A stretch of DNA of 64,000 nt from an uncultured Pseudomonadota bacterium. GTDB lineage: Bacteria; Pseudomonadota; Gammaproteobacteria; Burkholderiales; JALYOK01. Under the pieces are notes generated by a model. The model was not told the DNA's origin. It saw only the letters and a list, made by a program, of their open reading frames with translations, and ran no database searches. The translations under genes and the position numbers were made by a program. This document shows positions 30,089 to 40,424 of this stretch, in pieces. The stretch's first letter is position 1, and each line of letters starts with the position of its first letter. The DNA is taken from positions 273,100 through 337,099 of the forward strand of contig CAWJAF010000004.1 in assembly GCA_963840785.1 (NCBI GenBank), given 5' to 3'.

Positions 30089-30097
30089 GAGTCAAAC

Positions 30098-30356
30098 ATG
30101 GCACATAAAAAAGCAGGTGGTAGTTCCCGTAACGGCCGCGATTCGGAATCGAAACGCCTTGGCATTAAAGTTTATGGCGGGGAAGTTATTCCGGCCGGGC
30201 AGCATTATCGTGCGCCAGCGCGGTACCGAATTTCACCCCGGCGACAACGTCGGGATCGGCAAAGATCATACTTTGTTCGCAAAAGTCGACGGGACGGTCG
30301 AGTTCCGCGTCAAGGGCGCCGCGAAACGCCGCATGGTGAGCGTCACGCCCGCGTAA
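30098..30356 (+). pseudogene. rpmA: 50S ribosomal protein L27, one frame break
   Basis: [34 protein letters not shown] is in ORF 30098..30376. It continues as [27 protein letters not shown]... in ORF 30060..30356. There is an extra G in the GGG run at 30197-30199. Confidence 0.92.
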
Positions 30357-30379
30357 AATCATTTTTACGCGAATGACTG

Positions 30380-30414
30380 AAAGCCCTGTCGTTCGACGGG
30401 GCTTTTGTTTTTTG
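30380..30414 (+). terminator. rho-independent terminator after rpmA
   Basis: aaagccctgtcg-ttcg-acggggcttt followed by tgttttttgg. Confidence 0.8.
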
Positions 30415-30579
30415 GCAGGCTGATGTGAAACGACTGCGCGGAGCCGGGAGTCGATTACGATCAGCCTGCGAAAAATGTTTAAAATAAGCATTGCCAGAAA
30501 CCGCATGGATATTGCGTCCTGGCGTTGCATGCCCAGAAAGCCGCACCAGTATTGCCTCCCCAGGCATCGAGAGTATTAA

Positions 30580-31632
<1,053 letters not shown>

Positions 31633-31634
31633 AC

Positions 31635-32753
31635 ATGACCAACGTCGTTCAACAATCGAAATGCATCGTCGTTAAAATCGGCAGCAGCCTGTTGACCAAT
31701 AACGGCGCGGGTCTTGATCGTGCGGCCATCGCCGGATGGGTGGCGCAAATCGCCGAACTGAAGTCCCTCGGCAAAGATGTTTTGCTGGTTTCCAGCGGCG
31801 CGATTGCTGAAGGTTTGCAGCGCTTAGGCTGGAAACGCCGTCCCCATGCGGTCCACGAATTGCAAGCGGCGGCGGCCGTCGGGCAAATGGGTTTAGTGCA
31901 AGTATACGAATCGTGCTTTCGCGAGCATGGCCTGGCGACCGCGCAAATTTTATTGACTCACGAAGACCTCGCCGAACGCAAACGTTATCTCAACGCGCGC
32001 TCGACATTACGAACGCTGCTTGAGCTAAACGTCATTCCCGTCATCAACGAAAACGATACGGTAGCGACTGAAGAAATCAAATTCGGCGACAACGATACGC
32101 TTGGCTCCCTCGTGACAAACTTGATCGAAGCCGACGTCATGATCATCCTCACAGACCAGTCAGGTCTTTATACGGCTGATCCGCGCAAAGATCCGAGCGC
32201 GACGTTGATCCGAAGCGCCCAAGCGGGCGCGCCCGAGTTAGAAAAAATGGCCGGCGGCGCCGGTAGCCACATCGGCAGCGGCGGCATGCTCACTAAAGTC
32301 ATCGCCGCAAAACGCGCGGCGCGTAGCGGCGCTCACACGGTCATCGTCTCCGGCCGCGAGCCCAACGTGTTAATGCGCTTGGCGCAAGGGGAAGCGATCG
32401 GCACGACCTTGCTGGCAGAAACGCCCACGTTAGCGGCGCGCAAACAATGGCTCGCCGATCATTTGCAAGTGCGCGGAAAAATTTCGTTGGACGCAGGGGC
32501 GGTGAAAGCGCTCGCCCAAGAAGGTAAGAGCTTGTTGCCGATCGGCGCAACCGCGTCGTCCGGCGATTTCGAGCGTGGCGCCGTAGTCGCATGCGTCGAT
32601 GCAAATGGCAAGGAAATCGCGCGTGGTTTAATCAACTACAGCGCCGATGAAACCCGCAAAATTCTGCGCAAGCCCAGCAGTGAGATTGAGAAGATATTGG
32701 GATATGTCGACGAGTTGGAATTGATTCATCGAGATAATTTGGTCTTGCTCTGA
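31635..32753 (+). CDS. proB: glutamate 5-kinase
   Basis: ATG at 31635, 2 nt after the obg stop. [11 protein letters not shown], an amino-acid kinase fold and a C-terminal PUA domain. Confidence 0.95.
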   Translation: MTNVVQQSKCIVVKIGSSLLTNNGAGLDRAAIAGWVAQIAELKSLGKDVLLVSSGAIAEGLQRLGWKRRPHAVHELQAAAAVGQMGLVQVYESCFREHGLATAQILLTHEDLAERKRYLNARSTLRTLLELNVIPVINENDTVATEEIKFGDNDTLGSLVTNLIEADVMIILTDQSGLYTADPRKDPSATLIRSAQAGAPELEKMAGGAGSHIGSGGMLTKVIAAKRAARSGAHTVIVSGREPNVLMRLAQGEAIGTTLLAETPTLAARKQWLADHLQVRGKISLDAGAVKALAQEGKSLLPIGATASSGDFERGAVVACVDANGKEIARGLINYSADETRKILRKPSSEIEKILGYVDELELIHRDNLVLL

Positions 32754-32898
32754 ATCGCTACGAAGTGTCGTAGTGGAAGAAAACAGATGAATCCGATCAT
32801 CAAAAAAGAAAATCGATGTCGAAGGCGTTGGCGAGATACCACAGTTGTTAGGAAATAATTAGTGGCCGACGCTAACTCACAGGCCAATGCCAACAACC

Positions 32899-33468
32899 CT
32901 AGCTATGCAATCGGCTATGCCGAGGCACGCTAGCCATTAAATATTCCATCTGATCGGCAAGAATATTTCGATTCTGCAAAATGAAGTGTTCATGGCGATT
33001 CGGCGTATAGGGTACGTAGAGCAATTCCATGCGCGCTTGCTCGGGCGTGCGATTGGCTTTGCGGTGATTGCACGGGCGGCAGGCGGTGACGACATTTACC
33101 CAGTTGTCGCGTCCGCGTTTTGAGATGGGGATGACGTGATCTTTCGACAATTCGCGTTCGCGATATTTTCCGCCGCAGTAGGCGCAGATGTGGCGATCGC
33201 GGGCGAATAAGGTTTCGCGGCTCAACAGCGGCGGTCGCGATAAATCGTGCACGACTTTGTCGCTGCCTTTGAGGGCGATGATGCATTTGGTGGAAATCGT
33301 CGAACGTTTGCCGGTTGCGCGGCTAACTCCGCCGTGAAATACGCCCGCCTCGCTGCCGATAGACCACGCTACCATGTTGCGGGCGGCGTACATGATCGCT
33401 TCTTCCATTCCGACCCAGCGGAACGGTAAGCCTGCCATGTCCAACGTCAGTACCAGCGGGTACGACAT
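32899..33468 (-). CDS. HNH endonuclease-family protein
   Basis: 189 aa. CAYCGG...DHVIPISKRG...NVVTACRPCNHRK (a Zn-finger-bracketed HNH core). Strong SD aggagg upstream. Confidence 0.85.
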   Translation of the reverse strand: MSYPLVLTLDMAGLPFRWVGMEEAIMYAARNMVAWSIGSEAGVFHGGVSRATGKRSTISTKCIIALKGSDKVVHDLSRPPLLSRETLFARDRHICAYCGGKYRERELSKDHVIPISKRGRDNWVNVVTACRPCNHRKANRTPEQARMELLYVPYTPNRHEHFILQNRNILADQMEYLMASVPRHSRLHS

Positions 33469-33575
33469 TTCCCAGCCTCCTGATGAATTAACTCCCTGTA
33501 AGATACCGCAAATCTTGCAGGTTAGGAAGGTGCTGGTGTATTCCGTGACGTGGTTTGTGACTTTTGCGACGGCAT

Positions 33576-33683
33576 CTCCCCTTGCCCTTGAAGCGGAAGG
33601 ATGGGAAAGGGATGGGTGAAGCCGATGCTAGCCACATCCCCATCCGAGGCCACCCCGCCTTGTTCCTCCCCTTGAAGCGGAAG
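33576..33683. repeat. composite GC-rich palindromic intergenic element
   Basis: ctccccttg(ccctt)gaagcggaag occurs twice in direct orientation (33576 and 33666). The copies flank an imperfect hairpin gggatgggtg...cacatcccc. Confidence 0.55.
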
Positions 33684-33711
33684 AAACCCGAGCTTCTTTG
33701 AAAGAGTTACG

Positions 33712-34503
33712 CTAGGACTGGCGATCGAGGAAGCCGAGCAGCGCTTTGTTAAATGCCTCGGCCTGCTCGATGTTGCAGATGTGCATCGCGTTTTCCAGCA
33801 CAACCAATTCCGCGCCTTTGATTTCGCGCTGAATCGCTTCGGACGCGGCGACCGGCGTGCCGGGATCGTCGCGGCCGACGATCAACAAAGTTGGCACGGA
33901 AATCTTTTTCAATTGGTCGGTGAAGTTGAGCGTCTTGATCGCGCTCGCGCAGCCGGCGAAACCCTCGGCGGACGTGCCGCCGATCATGGCGCCGACGTCG
34001 GCAATGGTCGCAGCATGGGCCGTGTGAAAAGGCGGTGTAAACCAGCGCTCCATCGTGCCATTCGCGATACTGCCGACACCTTGCGCTCGAACTTGCGCGA
34101 TACGCGTATCCCACACGCTTTGCATTTCCGCCGGCATGCGGCTCGACGTCGCGCACAACGTGAGGCTGGCGATTTCCGGCGCGGCGCGCAACCCTAGCGC
34201 TTGGCCGATCATTCCACCGATAGAAAGGCCGACGAAATGACAGCGCTTGATGTTTAACGCATGCAATAAACCGAGCGCATCGTCGGCGAGGTTGTCGAAG
34301 GTGTAGGGCCCACTCGGCGCGTCGCTCAATCCGTGGCCGCGTAAATCGTAGCGCAATACGCGATAGCGCGCGGTCAGCGCAGCCATTTGCGGCGCCCACA
34401 TGGCCAGCGATGCCGCGAGAGAGTGGCTGAGCATCACCACCGGCGCGTTTTCCGGCCCGCTCAATTCGTAGTTGATGTTGATTCCGTTTGCATTAATTTT
34501 CAT
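33712..34503 (-). CDS. alpha/beta hydrolase (3-oxoadipate enol-lactonase-like)
   Basis: About 263 aa. Nucleophile elbow GLSIGG, plus the HSL and RYDLRGHG motifs typical of the PcaD-like subgroup. Confidence 0.85.
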   Translation of the reverse strand: MKINANGININYELSGPENAPVVMLSHSLAASLAMWAPQMAALTARYRVLRYDLRGHGLSDAPSGPYTFDNLADDALGLLHALNIKRCHFVGLSIGGMIGQALGLRAAPEIASLTLCATSSRMPAEMQSVWDTRIAQVRAQGVGSIANGTMERWFTPPFHTAHAATIADVGAMIGGTSAEGFAGCASAIKTLNFTDQLKKISVPTLLIVGRDDPGTPVAASEAIQREIKGAELVVLENAMHICNIEQAEAFNKALLGFLDRQS

Positions 34504-34703
34504 GCTGCCACCTGTTGTAATAAACAATCGTCGCCGTAGCGTTGTAAGGGCGAAAAATCGCGATTGGCGAAATACTCAGCGCGATTAAATTTAGTGATAG
34601 CGTTCTCCGTTGAATGGACGTTGCGATTGGCGATGGTGCCCGTTGGTAGCGTAATGTTGCGGGTGGAAATGTCATCTTTGCGTACCGATACGTGATTCGG
34701 CAT
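34500..34703 (-). CDS. hypothetical 67-aa protein
   Basis: The ORF is translationally coupled (ATGA) to the hydrolase gene and starts 15 nt after the yeeE stop. It has coding-like codon usage. I see no SD and recognise no family. Confidence 0.3.
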   Translation of the reverse strand: MPNHVSVRKDDISTRNITLPTGTIANRNVHSTENAITKFNRAEYFANRDFSPLQRYGDDCLLQQVAA

Positions 34704-34718
34704 CTTAGCAAATTTAGC

Positions 34719-35864
34719 TCACGGATGAGCGCGATCCATTTGCCATGCCAAATACTTCATCGCCACCACGGCGCCTGCGATAATTGCAAACAGCGTAACG
34801 AATGAACCTAGCGCCAGCGTCGACACGCCACTAATGCCCTGGCCGATAGTGCAGCCCAAACCGGTCACCCCACCGATTCCCATTAAAATTCCACCAACGA
34901 TATGGTGACGCATATCGGCGACGTCGGTAAAACTTTCCCAGCGAAATCGCCGCGTGGCAATCGCGTAACCGAATGATCCAAGAATCACGCCGGCAACTGA
35001 TGCAATGCCGAACGTGACAGCAAGTGAACTATCGCTCCACAGCATTAGAAGTTCCAATGAATAGGCGACCGGCGCAACAAATGAAAACGATTCGGCGGCG
35101 CGCGTGTTGGTGCCGAAGAAAACCATTTCCAGCGTGTCGGGATTTTCACCATAACCTACATGACCGGTGACGTACCAACCCGCGACAACTAACGCACCGA
35201 TCACGACGCCACCAAGAATTAAATCTGAGTCGCGACGAAAATCTCGATCTTTGAAAATGAAAATTAGTAGTGCAATCGCAATCACAGCGACGATGACAAT
35301 CTGAAAAATTACTTTGCTTGCGCCAAACAAGTGATGGGCGACAGCCGGTAAGTCTTGACCGCCCATTGGGGAAAAATCCAACGCGAAGGGCTCGATCCAA
35401 TTCACTCGCGCCATGCCGAATAAACCCTTCAAGGTCATGTACGCGGAAATCGCGAGGAATGCCAACACTACCAGCGACTTCAAGCTGCCACCACCAATTC
35501 GCACCAACGTGCGATTGCCGCAACCCGATGCAAGCACCATGCCGAAACCGAATAGCGAACCGCCAATGATGTGTGAAAGCCAAAGAAAGCGCGGCCGCAG
35601 ATAAATCGATTGGGATAGATCGACCAGGCCAAACAATGAAAGCGCATTGGCACCGAGGATCGCAACTGCGATCGCCAGCAACCACATGCGCATACGACCC
35701 CAGTGACCCATGTTCACAACATCGGAGATTGCGCCCATGGTGCAAAAGTGCGACTTGTTGGCGATCACGCCGAATACGAATGCGAGCGCAAAGCCGAACG
35801 TCGCTACCAGTGCGCTGATAGGGTCGGAATAAATCAGAAATTTCCTAGATTGTCCACGCAACAT
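34719..35864 (-). CDS. YeeE/YedE-family thiosulfate/sulfur-compound transporter
   Basis: 381 aa polytopic protein with the three conserved Cys loops (SHFCTMG, ASGCGNR, LGCTIGQG). Confidence 0.85.
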   Translation of the reverse strand: MLRGQSRKFLIYSDPISALVATFGFALAFVFGVIANKSHFCTMGAISDVVNMGHWGRMRMWLLAIAVAILGANALSLFGLVDLSQSIYLRPRFLWLSHIIGGSLFGFGMVLASGCGNRTLVRIGGGSLKSLVVLAFLAISAYMTLKGLFGMARVNWIEPFALDFSPMGGQDLPAVAHHLFGASKVIFQIVIVAVIAIALLIFIFKDRDFRRDSDLILGGVVIGALVVAGWYVTGHVGYGENPDTLEMVFFGTNTRAAESFSFVAPVAYSLELLMLWSDSSLAVTFGIASVAGVILGSFGYAIATRRFRWESFTDVADMRHHIVGGILMGIGGVTGLGCTIGQGISGVSTLALGSFVTLFAIIAGAVVAMKYLAWQMDRAHP

Positions 35865-35949
35865 TTTACTCCCGCGCTGGCAATCGAGCGAGGAGCCCGT
35901 ATCTAAGAGCGGCCTATGGCAGGCGGATTTTCGGAAAAGCTAGTGCGCT

Positions 35950-35981
35950 AAAAAAAATGCCGGAACCGTAAGATTCCGGCA
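35950..35981 (-). terminator. rho-independent terminator (minus strand)
   Basis: The minus strand reads tgccggaa-tcttacgg-ttccggca followed by tttttttt. Confidence 0.7.
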
Positions 35982-36109
35982 TAACGAACGCTGGCCTGGC
36001 TTTGGAGGGCTGGTAAGCTCCCCGCCAGAGAGGGTTCAGCGTTAAATCAAATCAGTCATTGCGAACAGAGGCGTTTTCGTTCCGGGTAAGCGCCGCGGTC
36101 AACAAGGCT

Positions 36110-36382
36110 TTAATCATGGATGTTCGCCGATTCGCTCGGAGGCGCTGCGCGGGACAATTTTTCGTTCGATAGATCCAAGCAAACACGTTCGCCTTCGGCC
36201 GGTGATTTATCGGTGACGGCCAAGCGCCCTTCCCATCCACAACCAAAATGTTCACAGCGAAAACGCCGAACCGTTTTGAACATTCCAATAACCCGATCGC
36301 GCCAAAGCCGCTCGATACGCAGGACGCTGTCGCCGCAATTGGGACATTTATAGTTGGGATTTCGGCGAACGTAGTGCTCCAT
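36110..36382 (-). CDS. small four-Cys zinc-ribbon protein, unknown function
   Basis: 90 aa. CPNC...(26 aa)...CEHFGC. SD gagga 8 nt upstream of the ATG. A terminator lies downstream. Confidence 0.5.
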   Translation of the reverse strand: MEHYVRRNPNYKCPNCGDSVLRIERLWRDRVIGMFKTVRRFRCEHFGCGWEGRLAVTDKSPAEGERVCLDLSNEKLSRAAPPSESANIHD

Positions 36383-36702
36383 TTCCTCGTTGTTCTTTTA
36401 GGTGGAGGGCGGGAAGACCAAACCGTTGGCCCGGAGGAAACGCGAGAAGTACGTCGCTTCGTCAATCGACTTACTAACGACCAGAGAACAAGATTTAAAT
36501 GACGCGTAAACACGCCTTGAAAAATCACCCCCTCGTCGTACGCATCGATTTCTTTTCTTGTTGTCCATTCGATTTGTTGTTATTTCGCGCCAGGATTTTT
36601 TATCCCTTGCGCCCGTTCTTAACCGCTGCCGAATTGAATAATAGAAGGTGGACTTCGTGCAGGCTATCCGTAAAAACCCGATCCGTAAGCCAGGAATTTA
36701 TT

Positions 36703-36735
36703 GATATTAAGTAAGGAATTTCCTGACTTAATATC
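36703..36735 (-). terminator. 10-bp-stem hairpin just downstream of the response-regulator gene
   Basis: gatattaagt-aaggaatttcctg-acttaatatc. The loop is itself palindromic. It is only weakly U-rich afterwards, so it may instead be a protein-binding site. Confidence 0.4.
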
Positions 36736-36750
36736 GGAATCAATTTGGCT

Positions 36751-37383
36751 CTAATCGAGAATTCGATGATCTAGCGCGTAACGTGTCAATTCTGCGTTCG
36801 ATTTGACGCCCGTCTTGTCCTGAATTCTGACGCGATAGGTGCCGACCGTTTTGTCACTCAAATGCAGCGCCTGCGCGATCTGGCTGGTACTTTTGCCTTG
36901 TGCAATGAGTTTGAGCACCTGCAGTTCGCGGTCAGTGAATGCCCCTTCCGATGCGACCGCTCCCCGAACCTGTTTTGCCAGTAGCTCGGCTACTTTCTTC
37001 GTGATGTAGCTTTCGCCCACGGCAATGGTGCGGATCGCAGGAACCAATAACTCTAACGCGCCGTCCTTAGACAAATAGCTGCTAGCGCCAAGGCGAATCG
37101 CGCGTACCGCGTAGTGTTCTTCCGGCGCCGCGCTTACAATCAGCACGCTGACCTTCGGCCAATCACGTTTGATTGTTTCCAGCAAATCGAGTCCCGTTTT
37201 ATCCGGTAAGTTGATATCGACGACCGCGACATCAATAGCGAGCGTACCGAGCAACAGCAGTGCCTCACCCGCACTCGTCGCCTCGCCCATCACCTGGATA
37301 TCGACTTCTTCATCCAACAGTCGCTTGAGGCCTTCCCGTACTAGGCCGTGATCGTCGACAATTAGAATTCTGATTTGCTTCAT
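36751..37383 (-). CDS. NarL/LuxR-family two-component response regulator
   Basis: Receiver (ILIVDDH...D...K) plus a LuxR-type HTH (TDRELQVLKLIAQGKSTSQIAQALHLSDKTV). Start is the ATG at 37383 or the GTG at 37398. Confidence 0.92.
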   Translation of the reverse strand: MKQIRILIVDDHGLVREGLKRLLDEEVDIQVMGEATSAGEALLLLGTLAIDVAVVDINLPDKTGLDLLETIKRDWPKVSVLIVSAAPEEHYAVRAIRLGASSYLSKDGALELLVPAIRTIAVGESYITKKVAELLAKQVRGAVASEGAFTDRELQVLKLIAQGKSTSQIAQALHLSDKTVGTYRVRIQDKTGVKSNAELTRYALDHRILD

Positions 37384-37485
37384 CGCCGTTGTTTTCACGC
37401 TATAGAGTCATATGTTACATAATCGAAGCGGAAAAATGCGGAACTTCTGCAGGACTTAAACGGCGTTTATTTCCTAAAGGCATCT

Positions 37486-39222
37486 ATGAAGAATAGCGGA
37501 ACATCTCGCGCATCGACAACTGAAATGTCGTCAATCCTAAAAACAATGCGATATCTGATATGGCCGTTTGCGGCTGATGCGGAACCATTTCACGAGCAAC
37601 GATTGCGCGCCGCGCTGCGCTTGGCGCCGATTACAGAATCGACACTCAGCGTTGCGGCAATCGTATTCTGCGCATTGTTTTGGCAAAATCTATCGCATGC
37701 CCTAATGTTGAGCTGGGCCGCCGCGGCCATCCTTACGAACATGGTCTGGTACGGGTTCGGGGTCTGGCGTGAACGTTCGAATACTTGGGAAGCCACCACA
37801 CGTCTGGACGCGTACGTCGCCGTCTGGCATGCAGCCGTCAGATCGGCGCTCTGGACGATCATGATTGTGTATTTATTCGGACGCGCGGACGCCGATCATC
37901 GTTTGTTTTTAGCAAGTTTTTCCGCCGGTCTGATCGGCGCCGGCGCGTATTCGTTGGGCACGTTGCGCAAAGCCGTATTCGTCTGGGTATTGGTGATAAC
38001 GGTTGGCGGTGCGTATGCACTGATCGCAACCGGCAACACCGTATTCCTGATCGTCTGTTTTTTCCTTTTCATTTACGCGGGCATCATGCTCGCAACCTCC
38101 TGGTATTTGTCGCGCACATTTATCGCGCGCCATCAAGCCGAGGCAGATGCTGATCAACAGCGACAGGTGGTCGAGTTGCTGTTACACGATTTTGAAGCCA
38201 GCGCGAGTGATTGGTTATGGGAAACCGATACCGATGGTCACCTGCGCTACGTCTCGCTGCGCATGAGTGAGGTGATTGGACGCCCAATTAATGAGCTGCT
38301 TAGCTCCAATTTAATGGACTTCATCTCGCAGGAGGCTCAATCTGGCGAGTTCGACAGCACCGCCTCGCTGGGTCAACGGCTTTCGTTAAATCTCCCGTTT
38401 CGCGACTGCATTATCTCCCTGAATTGCCATGATCGAGCTCGTTGGATCGCGTTGAGCGCAAAACCGCTTTTGAACGCCGACGGGATTCACGAAGGCTGGC
38501 GCGGCGTCGGTTCGGACATTACGGAACGCATTGTCGCCGAAGAAGAATTACGCAATTCCTACGCGCAAGTTCGCGCACTCGCGAGTGCGTTGGAATCGAC
38601 TCGCGAGCAAGAGCGCGAACGTCTGGCGCGCGAGATACACGATGAGTTCGGACAAATATTGGCGGCGCTGCGAATCGATACCTCATGGATCCGACAAAAA
38701 GCGCAGGATCGAGTGCCGGAGATTGCCTCGCGCGCGAAAGCGATGGCTGAAATGATTGAGCATGCGCAGCAAGCTACCAAGCGAATGTCGAGCGGTCTAC
38801 GCCCACGCGTGCTGGACGATCTGGGCTTGGTCAGCGCCATTCGCGCGCTGGTTAACGAATTTTCCGCACGGCATGATATAGCCTGTGATATCCAAATTAG
38901 CGATGACGGCAAAATGATTGTCGATCCCGTTGCGACGCCGCTCTATCGCATGACGCAAGAAGCGTTGACTAACGTTGCCAAACACGCTGGGGCATCCAAG
39001 GTACGCGTCGAATTAGTCACCGGTCACGACAGTGTGATCCTAATTGTCGCCGATAACGGCAAAGGAATTACCGAATCCGATCAGCGCAAGCCAGGATCAT
39101 TCGGGCTGATCGGCATGCGCCAGCGGGCTTCGGCTGTGGGCGGCGAACTGAGCGTTTCAGATTCAGGCGGAGAAGGAACGACCATCGAAATACGCTTGCC
39201 ATTGATCGAACCGCCTGGCTAA
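37486..39222 (+). CDS. membrane sensor histidine kinase (HisKA_3 / NarX-UhpB class) with PAS domain
   Basis: 578 aa. Multi-TM N-terminus and a PAS-like segment. H-box REIHDEFGQ and HATPase_c (DNGKGI...GLIGMRQR). Confidence 0.9.
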   Translation: MKNSGTSRASTTEMSSILKTMRYLIWPFAADAEPFHEQRLRAALRLAPITESTLSVAAIVFCALFWQNLSHALMLSWAAAAILTNMVWYGFGVWRERSNTWEATTRLDAYVAVWHAAVRSALWTIMIVYLFGRADADHRLFLASFSAGLIGAGAYSLGTLRKAVFVWVLVITVGGAYALIATGNTVFLIVCFFLFIYAGIMLATSWYLSRTFIARHQAEADADQQRQVVELLLHDFEASASDWLWETDTDGHLRYVSLRMSEVIGRPINELLSSNLMDFISQEAQSGEFDSTASLGQRLSLNLPFRDCIISLNCHDRARWIALSAKPLLNADGIHEGWRGVGSDITERIVAEEELRNSYAQVRALASALESTREQERERLAREIHDEFGQILAALRIDTSWIRQKAQDRVPEIASRAKAMAEMIEHAQQATKRMSSGLRPRVLDDLGLVSAIRALVNEFSARHDIACDIQISDDGKMIVDPVATPLYRMTQEALTNVAKHAGASKVRVELVTGHDSVILIVADNGKGITESDQRKPGSFGLIGMRQRASAVGGELSVSDSGGEGTTIEIRLPLIEPPG

Positions 39223-39395
39223 TCAGGGCGTCAAGCGTCGATCCGTTTTCCGCGCTAATTTCGGCGTGATGACGAAGGTTCAGTTGGTCGATTAAATGGG
39301 TGGCAGGCCAGGACGCAATCTGGATGCGCTTCTACGAGCATGCCATGCCAAGAGCCATACGGGATGCGGCTATCAGCTCGGTGCAAAAACGAGAA

Positions 39396-40415
39396 TTACT
39401 TAAAGCGCTCGCGCGCCAGCGCCGCTCCTTGCACTAAGGCCTGCATTTTTCTTTCCGCGATACTGCGTTCCATCGGAGCCATGCCACAGTTGGTGCATGG
39501 AAATAGATGCTGCTTCGGCACATACTTCAGCGCTTCACCGATGGTCGTTGCGACCTGCTCGGGTGTTTCCACTTCATCGGACGCGACATCGATCACACCA
39601 ACAAGAACATCCTTGCCTTTCAATAATCCCATCAAATGCGGCGGCACCTTCGAATGAAAACATTCGAGCGATACTTGCTTCACGCTGCTCTTTGCAATGA
39701 CCGGAAAAATAGCTTCGTACTGACGCCATTCTTCGCCCAAAGTATTTTTCCAATCGATGTTTGCCTTGATGCCGTATCCGTAACAAATGTGTACGACGGT
39801 CGTGCATTTTAGGCCCGCGATTGCGCGCTCCAACGCTTCAATGCCCCAGGTGTTCACTTCGTCAAGAAATACGTTGAATGCCGGTTCATCGATCTGAATC
39901 ACGTCGACACCATCGGACTCTAATCCGCGTGCCTCTTGATTAAGAAGTTCGGCAATGGCCATGCCCATTTTCACTTTATCGCCGTAATAGCGATCAGCAA
40001 TCGTGTCGACGATCGTCATCGCACCGGGCATGGTAATTTTCAATTTTTTCTTCGTATGTGCGCGCGCGAATTGTGCTTCCTTTTGGTGAACGCGGCCCTT
40101 TAACTTCAGCGGCCCGATGACGGTCGGCACCATCGCGTCGTAGCGATTATTGCGAATGCCCATTTTCACTTTATTCTCGAAATCGATGCCTTCGACCATC
40201 TCGAGAAACCCATGCACAAAATGTTGGCGCGATTGTTCGCCGTCCGTAACGATGTCCAGGCCTGCGTCCTCCTGCGCCTTAAGCCACAGCAACGTCGCGT
40301 CACGCTTGGCCGCATCGAGTTCGGGCCCATTCAATTGCCATGACGGCCAAAGGCGATTCGTTTCGGCGAGCCAAAAGGGTTTCGGCAAGCTGCCGACGAT
40401 CGTTGCTTCAAACAT
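39396..40415 (-). CDS. cobalamin-independent methionine synthase-like protein (MetE C-terminal-domain-only family)
   Basis: 339 aa. Zn-ligand motifs VHICYG and PCTNCGM. UROD/MetE-like barrel. Confidence 0.8.
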   Translation of the reverse strand: MFEATIVGSLPKPFWLAETNRLWPSWQLNGPELDAAKRDATLLWLKAQEDAGLDIVTDGEQSRQHFVHGFLEMVEGIDFENKVKMGIRNNRYDAMVPTVIGPLKLKGRVHQKEAQFARAHTKKKLKITMPGAMTIVDTIADRYYGDKVKMGMAIAELLNQEARGLESDGVDVIQIDEPAFNVFLDEVNTWGIEALERAIAGLKCTTVVHICYGYGIKANIDWKNTLGEEWRQYEAIFPVIAKSSVKQVSLECFHSKVPPHLMGLLKGKDVLVGVIDVASDEVETPEQVATTIGEALKYVPKQHLFPCTNCGMAPMERSIAERKMQALVQGAALARERFK

Positions 40416-40424
40416 GGGAAATCC

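Noticed and set aside
33749-35745. Long alternative-frame ORFs inside the hydrolase (216 aa) and yeeE (199 aa) genes.
   Set aside because: These are Arg/Gly-rich shadow ORFs of the kind typically produced by GC-rich coding DNA. The annotated frames carry the diagnostic motifs.
36052-36528. A 158-aa minus-strand ORF overlapping the zinc-ribbon ORF in another frame.
   Set aside because: Its composition is Arg/Ser/Thr-rich and non-protein-like, and it has no SD. The 90-aa zinc-ribbon frame has an SD and a Cys-pair architecture.
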